DNA of 28,480 nt, taken from NCBI GenBank assembly GCA_008080735.1, contig SHMW01000057.1, positions 1 to 28,480 of the forward strand, given 5' to 3'. A model generated the notes under the pieces. It did no database searches, had not been told where the DNA came from, and saw only the letters and a program-made list of their open reading frames with translations. How positions within the stretch are numbered: position 1 is the stretch's first letter; every line of letters begins with the position of its first letter. Of this stretch, positions 18,396 to 28,090 are shown in pieces. Source of the stretch: Promethearchaeota archaeon (GTDB lineage: Archaea; Asgardarchaeota; Lokiarchaeia; Sigyniarchaeales; SOKP01). Both the position numbers and the translations under genes were made by a program.

Positions 18396-18622
18396 ATTTT
18401 TTGGAATATTTTGTTGCTTTAATAATTACTCGAAATTAGATATTATGGAAGTATTAATAAGGTAAATTTTTCGACCTCAAGACTAATCTCTATCTTTAAG
18501 CAATAGGAACCAAAAAGAAATTCTCACTATTAATGATGTAAAGGTTTGGAAAAGATTTATTTAATATATGGATTTAACCTATCTATTATCTAATATTGCG
18601 AGCTAACAAGGGGAATATTTAA

Positions 18623-20035
18623 TTGAAGAGTAAAGAAAATAAATCAAAAAAGAAAATATCATTAAAAAATGCGATAGGGTATGGATTCGGACAGTTTTCC
18701 GATACAGTGGCTTATCAAACCTTTACGTTCCTTACATTCACATTCTATTTCTCAGTGGTCGGGTTAAATGTTGATTTCATAACATTCGGTTTTATAATAT
18801 GGGCTATTTGGAATTCCTTAAATGACCCACTGTTAGGCACTCTTTCCGATAAAACAAGTACAAAATATGGTAAAAGGAGACCGTATATTTATGTAGCAAT
18901 AGGACCTCTCTGTATTATACTAATTTTATTATTTTTACCTCCAATAACAAGTGATTTGATGCTAACGCGTCTTTTCTTTCTGGTTATAATTTTTCTATTT
19001 GAATTCTTTTACACGATGTTTGGAGTTAATAGTAAAAGTCTCTTCCCAGAGATCTTCCAAGATCTTGAAGAGAGAACAAAAGCAAATACCATTAGACAAG
19101 TACTTAATATAATTGGTCTGATTTTCGCATTTATCTTCCCAACTTTATTTATCCCTAAATTAACTGAGAAAAAATATTTTAGTAATTACGGTTTCACAGC
19201 CATTCTAATTGCCATCTTTATAGCATTAGGCTTGATTGTTTTCATCAAATTCGGAGTGAGGGAACGAGCTGAATTTTCAGAGGATTCTAAAAAAGCACCA
19301 TCTCTTTTGAAATCGTTGAAATATTCTTTCAAAAACAAGGCTTTCCGGACCTATATCATCGCCGGTTTAGCCAATTGGTATATTTGGCAATTATTACCGA
19401 CTATTGTTCCACTATATGGAGAATTTGTACTAAAGATTGGCGAAGGGGAGACTATCCTCTTAGGATTATTATTAGGAACGGCGTTTATCAGTGCGGCACT
19501 TTTTATGTTTTTCTGGCGATGGTTGATAATAAGAACAGGGATTTTAAAAAAGGGGTTTATGATTTCAATGACAGTATTCATAGTGACTCTAATTCCTCTT
19601 TTATTCATATCTGACGTTATAATCGCATTTATTTGTTTCTTTTTAATCGGAATTGGAATGTCTGGGTCATTCATGTTTATCGATCTCATAATCCCAGCAA
19701 TAATTGATTATGATGAACTTCAAACAGGAATAAGAAGGGAAGGAGGATATTTCGGAATTAATGCCTTCATTGTGCGCTTATCAACTATCCTGATCTTCTT
19801 GTCAATTAGTTTAGTATTTAATTCTGTTGGCTGGAAAGTTTTTGATCCCGTTGGAACTACTGATCAAACTATTTTTGGATTAAGGAGCTTGATGACGCTA
19901 TTTCCAATTACAGCCCTAATTATAGCCATTATTAGTATGAGTAGATTCCCTATAGACAAAGAAAAATATAAAAAACTACAAAAGGATATAGAAGTCTTAC
20001 ATACCGAGAAAAAGAAAAAAGCAGGAATAATCTAA
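18623..20035 (+). CDS. MFS transporter, GPH (MelB-like Na+/glycoside symporter) family
   Basis: WNSLNDPLLGTLSDKTSTKYGKRRPY, IIDYDELQTGIRREGGYFG; about 12 TM. Confidence 0.92.
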   Translation: MKSKENKSKKKISLKNAIGYGFGQFSDTVAYQTFTFLTFTFYFSVVGLNVDFITFGFIIWAIWNSLNDPLLGTLSDKTSTKYGKRRPYIYVAIGPLCIILILLFLPPITSDLMLTRLFFLVIIFLFEFFYTMFGVNSKSLFPEIFQDLEERTKANTIRQVLNIIGLIFAFIFPTLFIPKLTEKKYFSNYGFTAILIAIFIALGLIVFIKFGVRERAEFSEDSKKAPSLLKSLKYSFKNKAFRTYIIAGLANWYIWQLLPTIVPLYGEFVLKIGEGETILLGLLLGTAFISAALFMFFWRWLIIRTGILKKGFMISMTVFIVTLIPLLFISDVIIAFICFFLIGIGMSGSFMFIDLIIPAIIDYDELQTGIRREGGYFGINAFIVRLSTILIFLSISLVFNSVGWKVFDPVGTTDQTIFGLRSLMTLFPITALIIAIISMSRFPIDKEKYKKLQKDIEVLHTEKKKKAGII

Positions 20036-20179
20036 ATATCAACACCCTTCATTTTTTTTTTATAGTAAGAATAATATCTAGTTAAAATTGTTAAGTTCCT
20101 TATGATTTAATAGGTAGATTAATATTATATTTTCAGAAGGTTAAGGTTAATTTATTATTTAGATAAAGGTAGGATTAGA

Positions 20180-21760
20180 ATGACTCGTCTAAGATTCTAT
20201 GGGGGGATTTCTACGATTGGTGGGAATTGTATAGTAATCGAAGAAGATGAAACGCGAATCATGTTGGATAATGGAATGTGTTTTTCAAAAGAAAATGCGT
20301 TTTATAAAGATTTTTTGAACCCAAGAACGAATAACGATCTACGGGACTATTTAGATCTTGGGTTGGTACCAAAAATTCCAGGAATATATGGAAGAGACAA
20401 GATTCGCGATGTGTGCGCTTCTGGTTTAAGCGCTAATGCGGAATATCTATTCAAGAGAGATTTGATCAGTTATGAAGATTATTTGGAGGAACATGGTGCT
20501 CCTTACCTTTCTGCGTTCTTCCTAACACATTGTCATCTTGATCACCTCAGGAATGTCAAATTTATGTCGCCAGAGATCCCCATTTATTGTTCGGCAATTA
20601 CTAAAAGCTTATTAAAAATTATTGAAAACCTGTCCAACGAGGATTTTTTATGTTATAAAAAACCTCAGATTAAAGAACTGAAGAGTGGATATACTCCTGG
20701 TGAATTATGCAAAAAAAAATCGGACATTGAGAGAAAGATACACATAATTAAACCGAGGGAAATTATAGAGGTTCCAAAAAGCGATCTAACTTTTAAAATC
20801 AAAGCACATCCCGTAGATCATTCGGTTCCGGGGGCGATGGCATTCGAGATTTTTACTAAAGCTGGGAAACGAATCATATACACGGGAGATATACGATTCC
20901 ATGGACATGAACATGAGAAAGCAATTTCAGAGGAATTTCTCACCGAGGCCCAAAAAAACCCTGATGTCCTAATTACAGAGGGAACCAGAATAGATGATAA
21001 TCAAAAGATGAGCGAAGATGATGTATTTAATAATATGTTAAATTTCTTACATAAAGATGAAGAATTATCCTGTAAATTGATAATTGCTGCCTTCCCTTGG
21101 AAATCTATCACCCGATTCCATACATTATATAAGGTCGCACGACAGCTAAACCGATGTTTAGTAATACAAGCAAAATTAGCATTTACTATTCATAATCTCC
21201 AACATTACACTTCTTTAAACCTGAGAAATATTCTCCACAATGACGATTTGAAGATATATTTACCCAGAAAAAGGAGTATGATTTATTCAGATGCAGATTA
21301 TTCTAGAAATAAGTACAATGTTTCATATACAACTGAATGGTCCAAAAATAGAGATATTGAATTATATTCTGATTTATATGATGATATACTAATCAGAGCT
21401 TATGAAATCAATGAACAACCCAGCGATTATGTAATCCAACTAAATTTTTATGACCTAAATGAATTAATTGACATAAAACCCCCAGAAGGAAGCTATCTGT
21501 TTAATCTAAAGACCGAGCCTTTCGATGAGGAGGGAGAATTTGAAGAGAAAGTGCTTATGAATTGGGTACACCGTTTTGGATTACACTATGAAAAAGAAAG
21601 ATATCATGCTTCGGGTCACGCATCAGGAGATGAGATTCTTGCTATGATTAACCAATTAAAACCAAAAAAGGTGTTTCCCATCCATACAGAACATCCGGAA
21701 TTATTCCAGGTACCGAATGTCATTAAGGATATAGAACAAGGAAAACCTTATTTCATATAA
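20180..21760 (+). CDS. MBL-fold beta-CASP nuclease (RNase J-like), second paralog
   Basis: GG..TIGGN, LDNG, THCHLDH, VDHSVPGA, YTGDIRFHG, EGT, HASGH, PIHTEHP. Confidence 0.88.
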   Translation: MTRLRFYGGISTIGGNCIVIEEDETRIMLDNGMCFSKENAFYKDFLNPRTNNDLRDYLDLGLVPKIPGIYGRDKIRDVCASGLSANAEYLFKRDLISYEDYLEEHGAPYLSAFFLTHCHLDHLRNVKFMSPEIPIYCSAITKSLLKIIENLSNEDFLCYKKPQIKELKSGYTPGELCKKKSDIERKIHIIKPREIIEVPKSDLTFKIKAHPVDHSVPGAMAFEIFTKAGKRIIYTGDIRFHGHEHEKAISEEFLTEAQKNPDVLITEGTRIDDNQKMSEDDVFNNMLNFLHKDEELSCKLIIAAFPWKSITRFHTLYKVARQLNRCLVIQAKLAFTIHNLQHYTSLNLRNILHNDDLKIYLPRKRSMIYSDADYSRNKYNVSYTTEWSKNRDIELYSDLYDDILIRAYEINEQPSDYVIQLNFYDLNELIDIKPPEGSYLFNLKTEPFDEEGEFEEKVLMNWVHRFGLHYEKERYHASGHASGDEILAMINQLKPKKVFPIHTEHPELFQVPNVIKDIEQGKPYFI

Positions 21761-21803
21761 ATTTTAAATTGAGCTAAAAAGCAAACAAGAAAAAAAGAAG
21801 AAT

Positions 21804-22185
21804 TTAAAAATCCAAGGGATATTTGCCGTAGTTCATATTCGCTTCCAATATCCATTCAATTTGTTTTTTATTCATAGCGGGATGCATATTTGTAGGAGAA
21901 AGAATAACCCCTCCGCCAGGGTCTAATGTTTTGATGGCGTATTTCACCGCATCCTCAACTTCTCTTTCTCGATATTCGTGAGGATCCCATTCACTCTATC
22001 AGTCCAATCTTCTGGATATTGTTCTTTTAATTCATCCGTAACCTCGAATGCAGTACGTGGGGAAGGTCCGATGACCTCATCGCATAATTTCCCGTCTACG
22101 GTAATTATGAAACTTGGAACGCGATCTGGTTCTTCTCTGTTTAAAGCAGCCTAAACGCAGCCCAAACCCTTTCTTAACTTTTCAT
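21804..22185 (-). pseudogene. internally deleted uroporphyrinogen decarboxylase / MtaA-CmuA methyltransferase family pseudogene
   Basis: MKS*ERVWAA / AALNREEPDRVPSF... (N-terminal signature) joined out of frame to REVEDAVKYAIKTLDPGGGVILSPTNMHPAMNKKQIEWILEANMNYGKYPLDF* (C-terminal signature); premature stop, 11-bp duplication, central part missing. Confidence 0.8.
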
Positions 22186-22367
22186 ATACTTAACAAAAAG
22201 GCGCTTTATATAAAAGAATAGTTTAAAACAAAAATAAAAAACCAAATTATTTAATGAGAATAAGACCAATCATAGACTTTTCTTTTTCTATATTAGAAGA
22301 ACGTATTTATATCTAAAATAACATGTAGATTTAAGAAATTACTATAAATTCTCACAATAAGAATATC

Positions 22368-22850
22368 ATGATCAGTCAAAAGTTCCCAGAAGTGGAAGGA
22401 GATAATTTAGAACGAAGACATTTCAAATTGCCCTATGATTTAGAAGGAGATCTAAATTTGGTCATAATTCCTTTTAAGAGGATCCAACAATCCCTAGTAG
22501 ATGAATGGACATATGCTCTACACCCAATTTATGCACAATATGATTTTTTGTACCTCTATGAAATACCCACCCTAAGTAGTGGATACAGATTTGTGAGTTT
22601 TATGATTGATGGAGGGATGAGGGCCGGCATTCCCGATAGAGAAACAAGAAACCATACAATAACATTATACATCAATAAAACTAAATTTAAAAAAGCGCTT
22701 AATATTAACACCGAAGATACAATATATATTATGCTACTCGATAAAACGGGCGAAATCATTTGGAGGACTGAAGGGGCGGTCACCACCGAAAAAGTGGAAG
22801 ATCTAACAAACATTTTAATCAATTATACCAAACAAATGGACGTTAAATAA
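22368..22850 (+). CDS. ATP10-like thioredoxin-fold hypothetical protein
   Basis: FP.V.G.NL, QQ..VDEW, YEIP, IDGGMRAGIP, LLDKTGEIIWR..G; no CxxC. Confidence 0.6.
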   Translation: MISQKFPEVEGDNLERRHFKLPYDLEGDLNLVIIPFKRIQQSLVDEWTYALHPIYAQYDFLYLYEIPTLSSGYRFVSFMIDGGMRAGIPDRETRNHTITLYINKTKFKKALNINTEDTIYIMLLDKTGEIIWRTEGAVTTEKVEDLTNILINYTKQMDVK

Positions 22851-23021
22851 CATTAGGATCTCTTTATTTTATTGTAGCTTTTTCATATTCATAGATATAA
22901 TGCTATTGTTCCAAATATTAAAATATTTTATAAATATTGGACTCCGAATTCATTATTATAATTAATATTAATATAGTAAATTAATTCACTCAAATTCATA
23001 ATAAAATATTACAAAGTTATA

Positions 23022-23504
23022 ATGATGAAACGTCATGATGGTCATGAACGAGAATTGCCAAATGCTCATTTATACCACGCCATAATTCCGATCGTTTTTA
23101 TTGGAGTTTGGTTTTTAGATTCATTCATTTTTGAATTTTCAATAGTACTCAATGCTTACATTCCATTATTAATTCGAATGCCTCTATTTATCATAATAAT
23201 GTGTATTGCGCTGATTCTTATCTATTTATCACATAAGATTTTGTTTAAATCGCATCAACCACCAGATACTCTTATTGTCGAGGGAATCTTTCGGTATACG
23301 CGCAATCCCATGTATTTAGGAATTTTTTTGCTTTATGTGGGGTGCATTATGATTTCTATTTCACTGATCGCAGTTGCTTTATTGCCTTTCATTTTTCTTG
23401 TATACAACAAAATGGTAAATTTTGAAGAGAATATTTTGAAGGAAATGTTTGGAGACAAGTTCATAAGCTATAAGGCAAATGTTCCAAAATGGATTTTAAT
23501 TTAG
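23022..23504 (+). CDS. isoprenylcysteine carboxyl methyltransferase (ICMT/Ste14/PEMT-like) family membrane protein
   Basis: LIVEGIFRYTRNPMYLG and EE..L...FG..F..YK..VPKW. Confidence 0.88.
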   Translation: MMKRHDGHERELPNAHLYHAIIPIVFIGVWFLDSFIFEFSIVLNAYIPLLIRMPLFIIIMCIALILIYLSHKILFKSHQPPDTLIVEGIFRYTRNPMYLGIFLLYVGCIMISISLIAVALLPFIFLVYNKMVNFEENILKEMFGDKFISYKANVPKWILI

Positions 23505-23545
23505 TTGAGTTAAGTTAAGCAATATGATTTTCGAGTATTGGAATT

Positions 23546-23938
23546 TCATTTGTCTAAGAATTCCAATTTATGACCATCTACACCACAAGAAAGATCTTCG
23601 ATAGTTTTTAACACAGAGGGAGAACTATCATTTTCTACAGCCCAAAGGATGACTTTCTTACATTTTTCAGGGTAATCTAATATAAGGCTTCGAGCGGCTA
23701 ATTTCCGTACTTTTGAACTTTCATCGGATATTAAACATTTCTCTAATAGTGAAAATACCTTTTCATTTTTTATCTTTAATTCAGAAATAAGGTTTAAGGC
23801 ATCTATGCGAAGGGATTCCCGACCACTCCTCTCAATAAAATCATATAAGGAATTTAGGGCATTAGTTTTCGAGAATTCATGGCTTTTCAGTCTCCTATAG
23901 AGACTTTCGAATGATCTCTCTGGGTTTTCATTTTTCAT
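23546..23938 (-). CDS. HEAT-repeat-like protein
   Basis: LRIDALNLI..., LEKCLISDESSKVRKLAARSL helical repeats. Confidence 0.7.
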   Translation of the reverse strand: MKNENPERSFESLYRRLKSHEFSKTNALNSLYDFIERSGRESLRIDALNLISELKIKNEKVFSLLEKCLISDESSKVRKLAARSLILDYPEKCKKVILWAVENDSSPSVLKTIEDLSCGVDGHKLEFLDK

Positions 23939-24065
23939 ATACCATAATATTAGAAAATGTTCTAACTAATCTAGTTTAAATCAGATATATAAATATAATT
24001 TATAACTCAAAAGAAGATATATTCCATATATTTTAATTAAACGAAAAAGTCATTAAAAATAGAAA

Positions 24066-24263
24066 TTAGAGTTCTTTTTTTAGAATTTCCAACACTTGAT
24101 TAGTTTCAGCATAGGATAGAGTTGCGGTATCTTCACCTCGAAGATTATAATAATCCGGATATTCCTTAATAATAGCCGTTATCATATCCGTACTCCCATA
24201 TTTATCTAATATCGAGTAAATACCAGAATCATCCAACCTTGCAATTTGCTCAAAACTTAACAT
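24066..24263 (-). CDS. small hypothetical protein (65 aa, MLSFEQIARLDD...)
   Basis: GAGGTG RBS 7 nt before ATG 24263 suggests a shorter protein than the 85-aa ORF call. Confidence 0.65.
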   Translation of the reverse strand: MLSFEQIARLDDSGIYSILDKYGSTDMITAIIKEYPDYYNLRGEDTATLSYAETNQVLEILKKEL

Positions 24264-24471
24264 TCTTTTACACCTCTTCTTCTTATGAAAGAAAAACAAA
24301 CACTTTAGTTTAAAGAATTGCATTATAATTTAGAGGTAGGGATATAGTCTATATAGATCAACATATTTGTTGTAAAGGGCGTAAAAAGTGTAAAAATAAT
24401 AAATTCGTAATATCCAAATTCATACTAAATAAAGTTGATTATTATTATATAGAGCATAAAGCAAGATTTTA

Positions 24472-25221
24472 CTAGTTTTTATTCGCTGTTATAAATAACC
24501 ACGCAAGGTAAGGTTCGATTTCAAATTGATGGAATGGACTAGATTTGAATATTTCATTGATTTCTTGGAGTGTATATCCCGCTTTGAGTGAAGCTAAAGG
24601 TTCATTGATTTCCTTAAGGGCTTTTGGTACCACCACTTTTGTCGCGAAGATCAAGAGACCATAAAAAAGTCTCCTCGCATCTCGTCGAAAATCAAATAAT
24701 AGAAGCTTTCCGTTATGTCTTAAGACGCGATTAATCTCTTTCAAAGATTCTAAGGGATCCTCCCAATGATGTAAGGAAAGAGAACTCACGACCATATCAA
24801 TAGAATTATCACTAAAAGGTAGTGAATCAGCTGAACCGATTTTAAATTTGATGCCAGAATCTAAATCTTGTTTTCCAGCTCTTTTTTTTGCTCGTCCCAG
24901 CATTTCAGATGAAATATCAACTCCAATCAACTCCACATCCTTCATTTCTTTTGCGATTTTTACGATTAAATTCCCCGAACCACATCCTAAATCAACAATA
25001 GTTCTCGTGGGATCTAAATCCTTTACTTTAGAAACAATCTTATGACGAAAGAGCATAAAGGGGGGTGTTTTAGCCATTTTCTCGAAACCGTTCACGACTT
25101 CTTTGCTCTCAATACCTTCCATACTAGCTTGTCGTTCAATATGTTTCCGGGGTAATCCATAAATCAGCAAGATGATCATACCAATTCCCATAATTCCTAA
25201 AAAAAAGTACCAACCTAACAT
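24472..25221 (-). CDS. class I SAM-dependent methyltransferase (UbiE-like) with N-terminal TM segment
   Basis: VDLGCGSG, GVDIS, LPFSDNSIDMVVS..SLHHW, RVLR..G. Confidence 0.9.
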   Translation of the reverse strand: MLGWYFFLGIMGIGMIILLIYGLPRKHIERQASMEGIESKEVVNGFEKMAKTPPFMLFRHKIVSKVKDLDPTRTIVDLGCGSGNLIVKIAKEMKDVELIGVDISSEMLGRAKKRAGKQDLDSGIKFKIGSADSLPFSDNSIDMVVSSLSLHHWEDPLESLKEINRVLRHNGKLLLFDFRRDARRLFYGLLIFATKVVVPKALKEINEPLASLKAGYTLQEINEIFKSSPFHQFEIEPYLAWLFITANKN

Positions 25222-25253
25222 AGTTAAGTTAAGGATCTGCTGATGATATTTAA

Positions 25254-26072
25254 CTATTTGTCAAAAGAAAGATTATCAAAGATCCCACCAAATTCGTTTT
25301 TTATCAATATTATATAGTTATTAACAACATTATCCGCAAATGGGGGGATTTTTATTTCTTTTAGTGGTTTTAAAGGCTCGATAATCTCCTCAGTCTTTTG
25401 CTCAATGCAGAGCGTCGAGACCACTTCAGATGCTTGTAAGTAGCGTTCTCCTTCATATAGAGAAAGATGGAATGGTTCAATTGTGAAAACATAATCCAAC
25501 TCACTAATTCCATTCCAAGGAAGACCTGTATCCGCATAGCTTTCACAGATAAGAATATCATATTTTTTACTGAGCAGTCTCTCAGCTGTCCTATCTGCTT
25601 CTTCATATAATTTCGTAAGGTTTTGGAGATCCGCTCTATTAGAAATTTTTATCTGCTCACTGCGGAATAATAAAGGCTCAAAGTAAGCGTGATCCACGGG
25701 GCAATCAGCATAGGAATTAAGTGCAACAATCTGACGGTTATTAATAGTGATTCGATCTAAAATAAAATGCGGCAATCCCCCAAACGACATTTCATTCAAA
25801 GTAGGCATCCATAAACGATGTATGGGATTTATCAAGTTAATTGGGGTTTGGTCTGACATCTCATCATGTATAAATTTCGCGTCTTTGCCATATAAACAGC
25901 CCTCTTTTAGGGCGTTCTTTATTTGTGTCCAGTGATACCAGAGATTATTACCGGATTTTGGCTTGAACCCACAGACTTTTTGATCTAATTCTTTAAATAA
26001 TCGAAGTAAGGCTATAGTTAAGGTTGTCTTCCCAGATTGGTAGTCTCTTAATCCCGCACAGAGAATTTTCAT
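25254..26072 (-). CDS. predicted archaeal P-loop ATPase/GTPase (COG4028-like)
   Basis: MKILCAGLRDYQSGKTT Walker A variant, GFKPKSGNNLWY, INPIHRLW, ICESY; GGAGGT RBS favours ATG 26072. Confidence 0.75.
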   Translation of the reverse strand: MKILCAGLRDYQSGKTTLTIALLRLFKELDQKVCGFKPKSGNNLWYHWTQIKNALKEGCLYGKDAKFIHDEMSDQTPINLINPIHRLWMPTLNEMSFGGLPHFILDRITINNRQIVALNSYADCPVDHAYFEPLLFRSEQIKISNRADLQNLTKLYEEADRTAERLLSKKYDILICESYADTGLPWNGISELDYVFTIEPFHLSLYEGERYLQASEVVSTLCIEQKTEEIIEPLKPLKEIKIPPFADNVVNNYIILIKNEFGGIFDNLSFDK

Positions 26073-26257
26073 ATTTACCTCCACAATCAATAGAAACGTT
26101 CAATACCTTATTCTGTAAAATAAATGAGAAAAATAAAATTTTAGTAAATTTTCAAAGAAAAATCATAAATCAGAAATATAAAATAAGGATGCCATTATAA
26201 AAAATAGAATTCAATCTTTAATACCATAACATATTTCCTACCAATAGGTAGAAAAGT

Positions 26258-26737
26258 ATGAATGTTTTAGTAGTTTATTACACACGGACAGGTAATACCC
26301 AGCAAATAGCAGAAGAAATCGCCGGAAAACTTAATGCGGATGTTGAAGAGATTATTGACAATACTAAACGTTCTGGAATTTTTGGCTGGTTGCGCTCTGG
26401 ATATCATGCGGTTCGAGAGAAATTGACAGAGATCGAAGAAATGAAGAAAAATCCACAGGATTATGATACAATCATTCTGGGAACTCCTAATTGGGCAGGG
26501 AGATTAACCCCCGCCATAAGAACATATATTTCTCGGTATAGAGACCAATTTAATAACATAGCATATTTCATAACCATGGGAGGACGAGCAGGAGATGAAT
26601 TGATTAAAAATATCGGGGAATTTTGTGAGAAAAAACCTCTTGCGACAGCTCAAATACTTGAGAAAGAAATAAGAGAGGGTAATTACACAGAAAAAATTGA
26701 TGCTCTGATACAAGAAATCAAGGTAAATTCTGAATGA
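26258..26737 (+). CDS. flavodoxin-like protein
   Basis: VVYYTRTGNTQQIAEEIA FMN loop, YD.IILGTPNW, FITMGG. Confidence 0.9.
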   Translation: MNVLVVYYTRTGNTQQIAEEIAGKLNADVEEIIDNTKRSGIFGWLRSGYHAVREKLTEIEEMKKNPQDYDTIILGTPNWAGRLTPAIRTYISRYRDQFNNIAYFITMGGRAGDELIKNIGEFCEKKPLATAQILEKEIREGNYTEKIDALIQEIKVNSE

Positions 26738-26981
26738 TTTTCATTTCTTTGATAAAACAAGTTACTTTTTTCATTTCAGTTTAATTTATTTTTAGTTTAA
26801 TTTACATATATTATTCCCCTTTTTTAAGCGGATGAAATGTTTTACAATTAAAAACGAAGGAATCAAAACAAATTTTAGGAAATAAAAGATATTTTTAAAA
26901 ATTAACTTAGCTTTCTTCATTTCAAATAAAAATTGTTTATCAAGGATTATAATAAAATAGTGAATGTGAGTTATATTTTCT

Positions 26982-27380
26982 ATGAATGATTATAGATGTA
27001 ATAATTGTGATTTTACCCTCCCTTCTGGCTCTGGTGGATATTCCTATATTGAGGATGAATCAGGATTGAGAATAAATTATGAAGAGAAGAGCAAGTCGTT
27101 GAGAACGATTATTTCTGAAATATGGGGATTCTCCGACTACAGAAATTGGAAAGAATTAGTAAGAATACATACTGGATTTAATTCGTATTGCATTTGTCTC
27201 GATTGCTTGAATATTTTTGAAGCAGACATTTCTCCCAACAGAAATGGTTTTTCCAAGGATGATAAAATATGTCCAAAGTGTTCTTCAAATCATGTTCATA
27301 CAGAGTTAGAATTAGTCGGAAAGGAGTGCCCCTCGTGCAATGAGGGTAAAATAGAAAAAATGGTTGTTCCCTTAATCTAA
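26982..27380 (+). CDS. multi-CxxC zinc-ribbon protein
   Basis: CNNC, CLDC, CPKC, CPSC. Confidence 0.75.
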   Translation: MNDYRCNNCDFTLPSGSGGYSYIEDESGLRINYEEKSKSLRTIISEIWGFSDYRNWKELVRIHTGFNSYCICLDCLNIFEADISPNRNGFSKDDKICPKCSSNHVHTELELVGKECPSCNEGKIEKMVVPLI

Positions 27381-27434
27381 AAAAGTATATTAAGTCCAAT
27401 TATGTGCAAACAACATAGGGACATGCTTTATCTT

Positions 27435-27911
27435 TTAGGAAGTAGCTGAATGTTTATTAATGATTTTCACATTTATATCGATCCCCTCACGAATAGAGGG
27501 TGTGATAATACAAGTTTCTTCAAAATACATATCCCCGCTTCGCATCTCTCTGGTGCATTGCTCAATCCTCTTTAGCACATCGGGATCATCGGTTTTTGGA
27601 ATAATTTTGACATCAATTCTTTTAATTCGCTCATATCCTTTTTCTGTGTTGTAGAAGGAAATGTCGGCTTCGGCCTCTAAATCATCTAAAGAAAGATTTC
27701 GCTTATTCAGACAAAAAATAAAACTGGCACTCAAACAGCTTATCACCGCCATTCCCAATAATGTTGCGGCATCGGGTCCTTTCATCTGTCCAGTTTTATC
27801 TAATGTCTCATCAATAAGAATTTTGCTCGTCTCAGTAAACTCGAAAAAAGACTTGAAAATTAGATCCTTATCAAGGGTGATCTTAACTTTAGTATTTTCA
27901 TCATGAACCAT
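27435..27911 (-). CDS. OsmC/Ohr-like family protein
   Basis: IDE....GPDAATLLGMAVISCLSASF..CL and FEETCIITPSIREGI two-Cys pattern; GAGGT RBS. Confidence 0.85.
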   Translation of the reverse strand: MVHDENTKVKITLDKDLIFKSFFEFTETSKILIDETLDKTGQMKGPDAATLLGMAVISCLSASFIFCLNKRNLSLDDLEAEADISFYNTEKGYERIKRIDVKIIPKTDDPDVLKRIEQCTREMRSGDMYFEETCIITPSIREGIDINVKIINKHSATS

Positions 27912-28090
27912 TTTAATTTGACCTCATTCACTAAATATTAGCAATTTAATTAGTGATTAGCTGAAATACTATTTTAATATATTTGTCAAAGTAATAACCA
28001 CTTAATGATATTACTTATATAACACAACTAAATAATTAGTTGTACGAGCAAAATCTAATAAGATATTACAATTGGAGGTAAAAATTCAAA

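Noticed and set aside
26775-26805. Short direct repeat AGTTTAATTTA x2 after the flavodoxin gene
   Set aside because: Low-complexity AT-rich terminator region; only two copies and no spacer pattern
1596-27906. Many short ORF-track entries nested in or antisense to longer genes (e.g. 1596-1796, 4817-5083, 7572-7766, 9982-10589, 11121-11462, 14369-14827, 16180-16601, 17290-18465, 19351-19689, 22556-22822, 24848-25935, 26504-26713, 27178-27399, 27460-27906)
   Set aside because: Shadow frames of well-supported genes, with no motifs and antisense-typical F/S/I-rich composition
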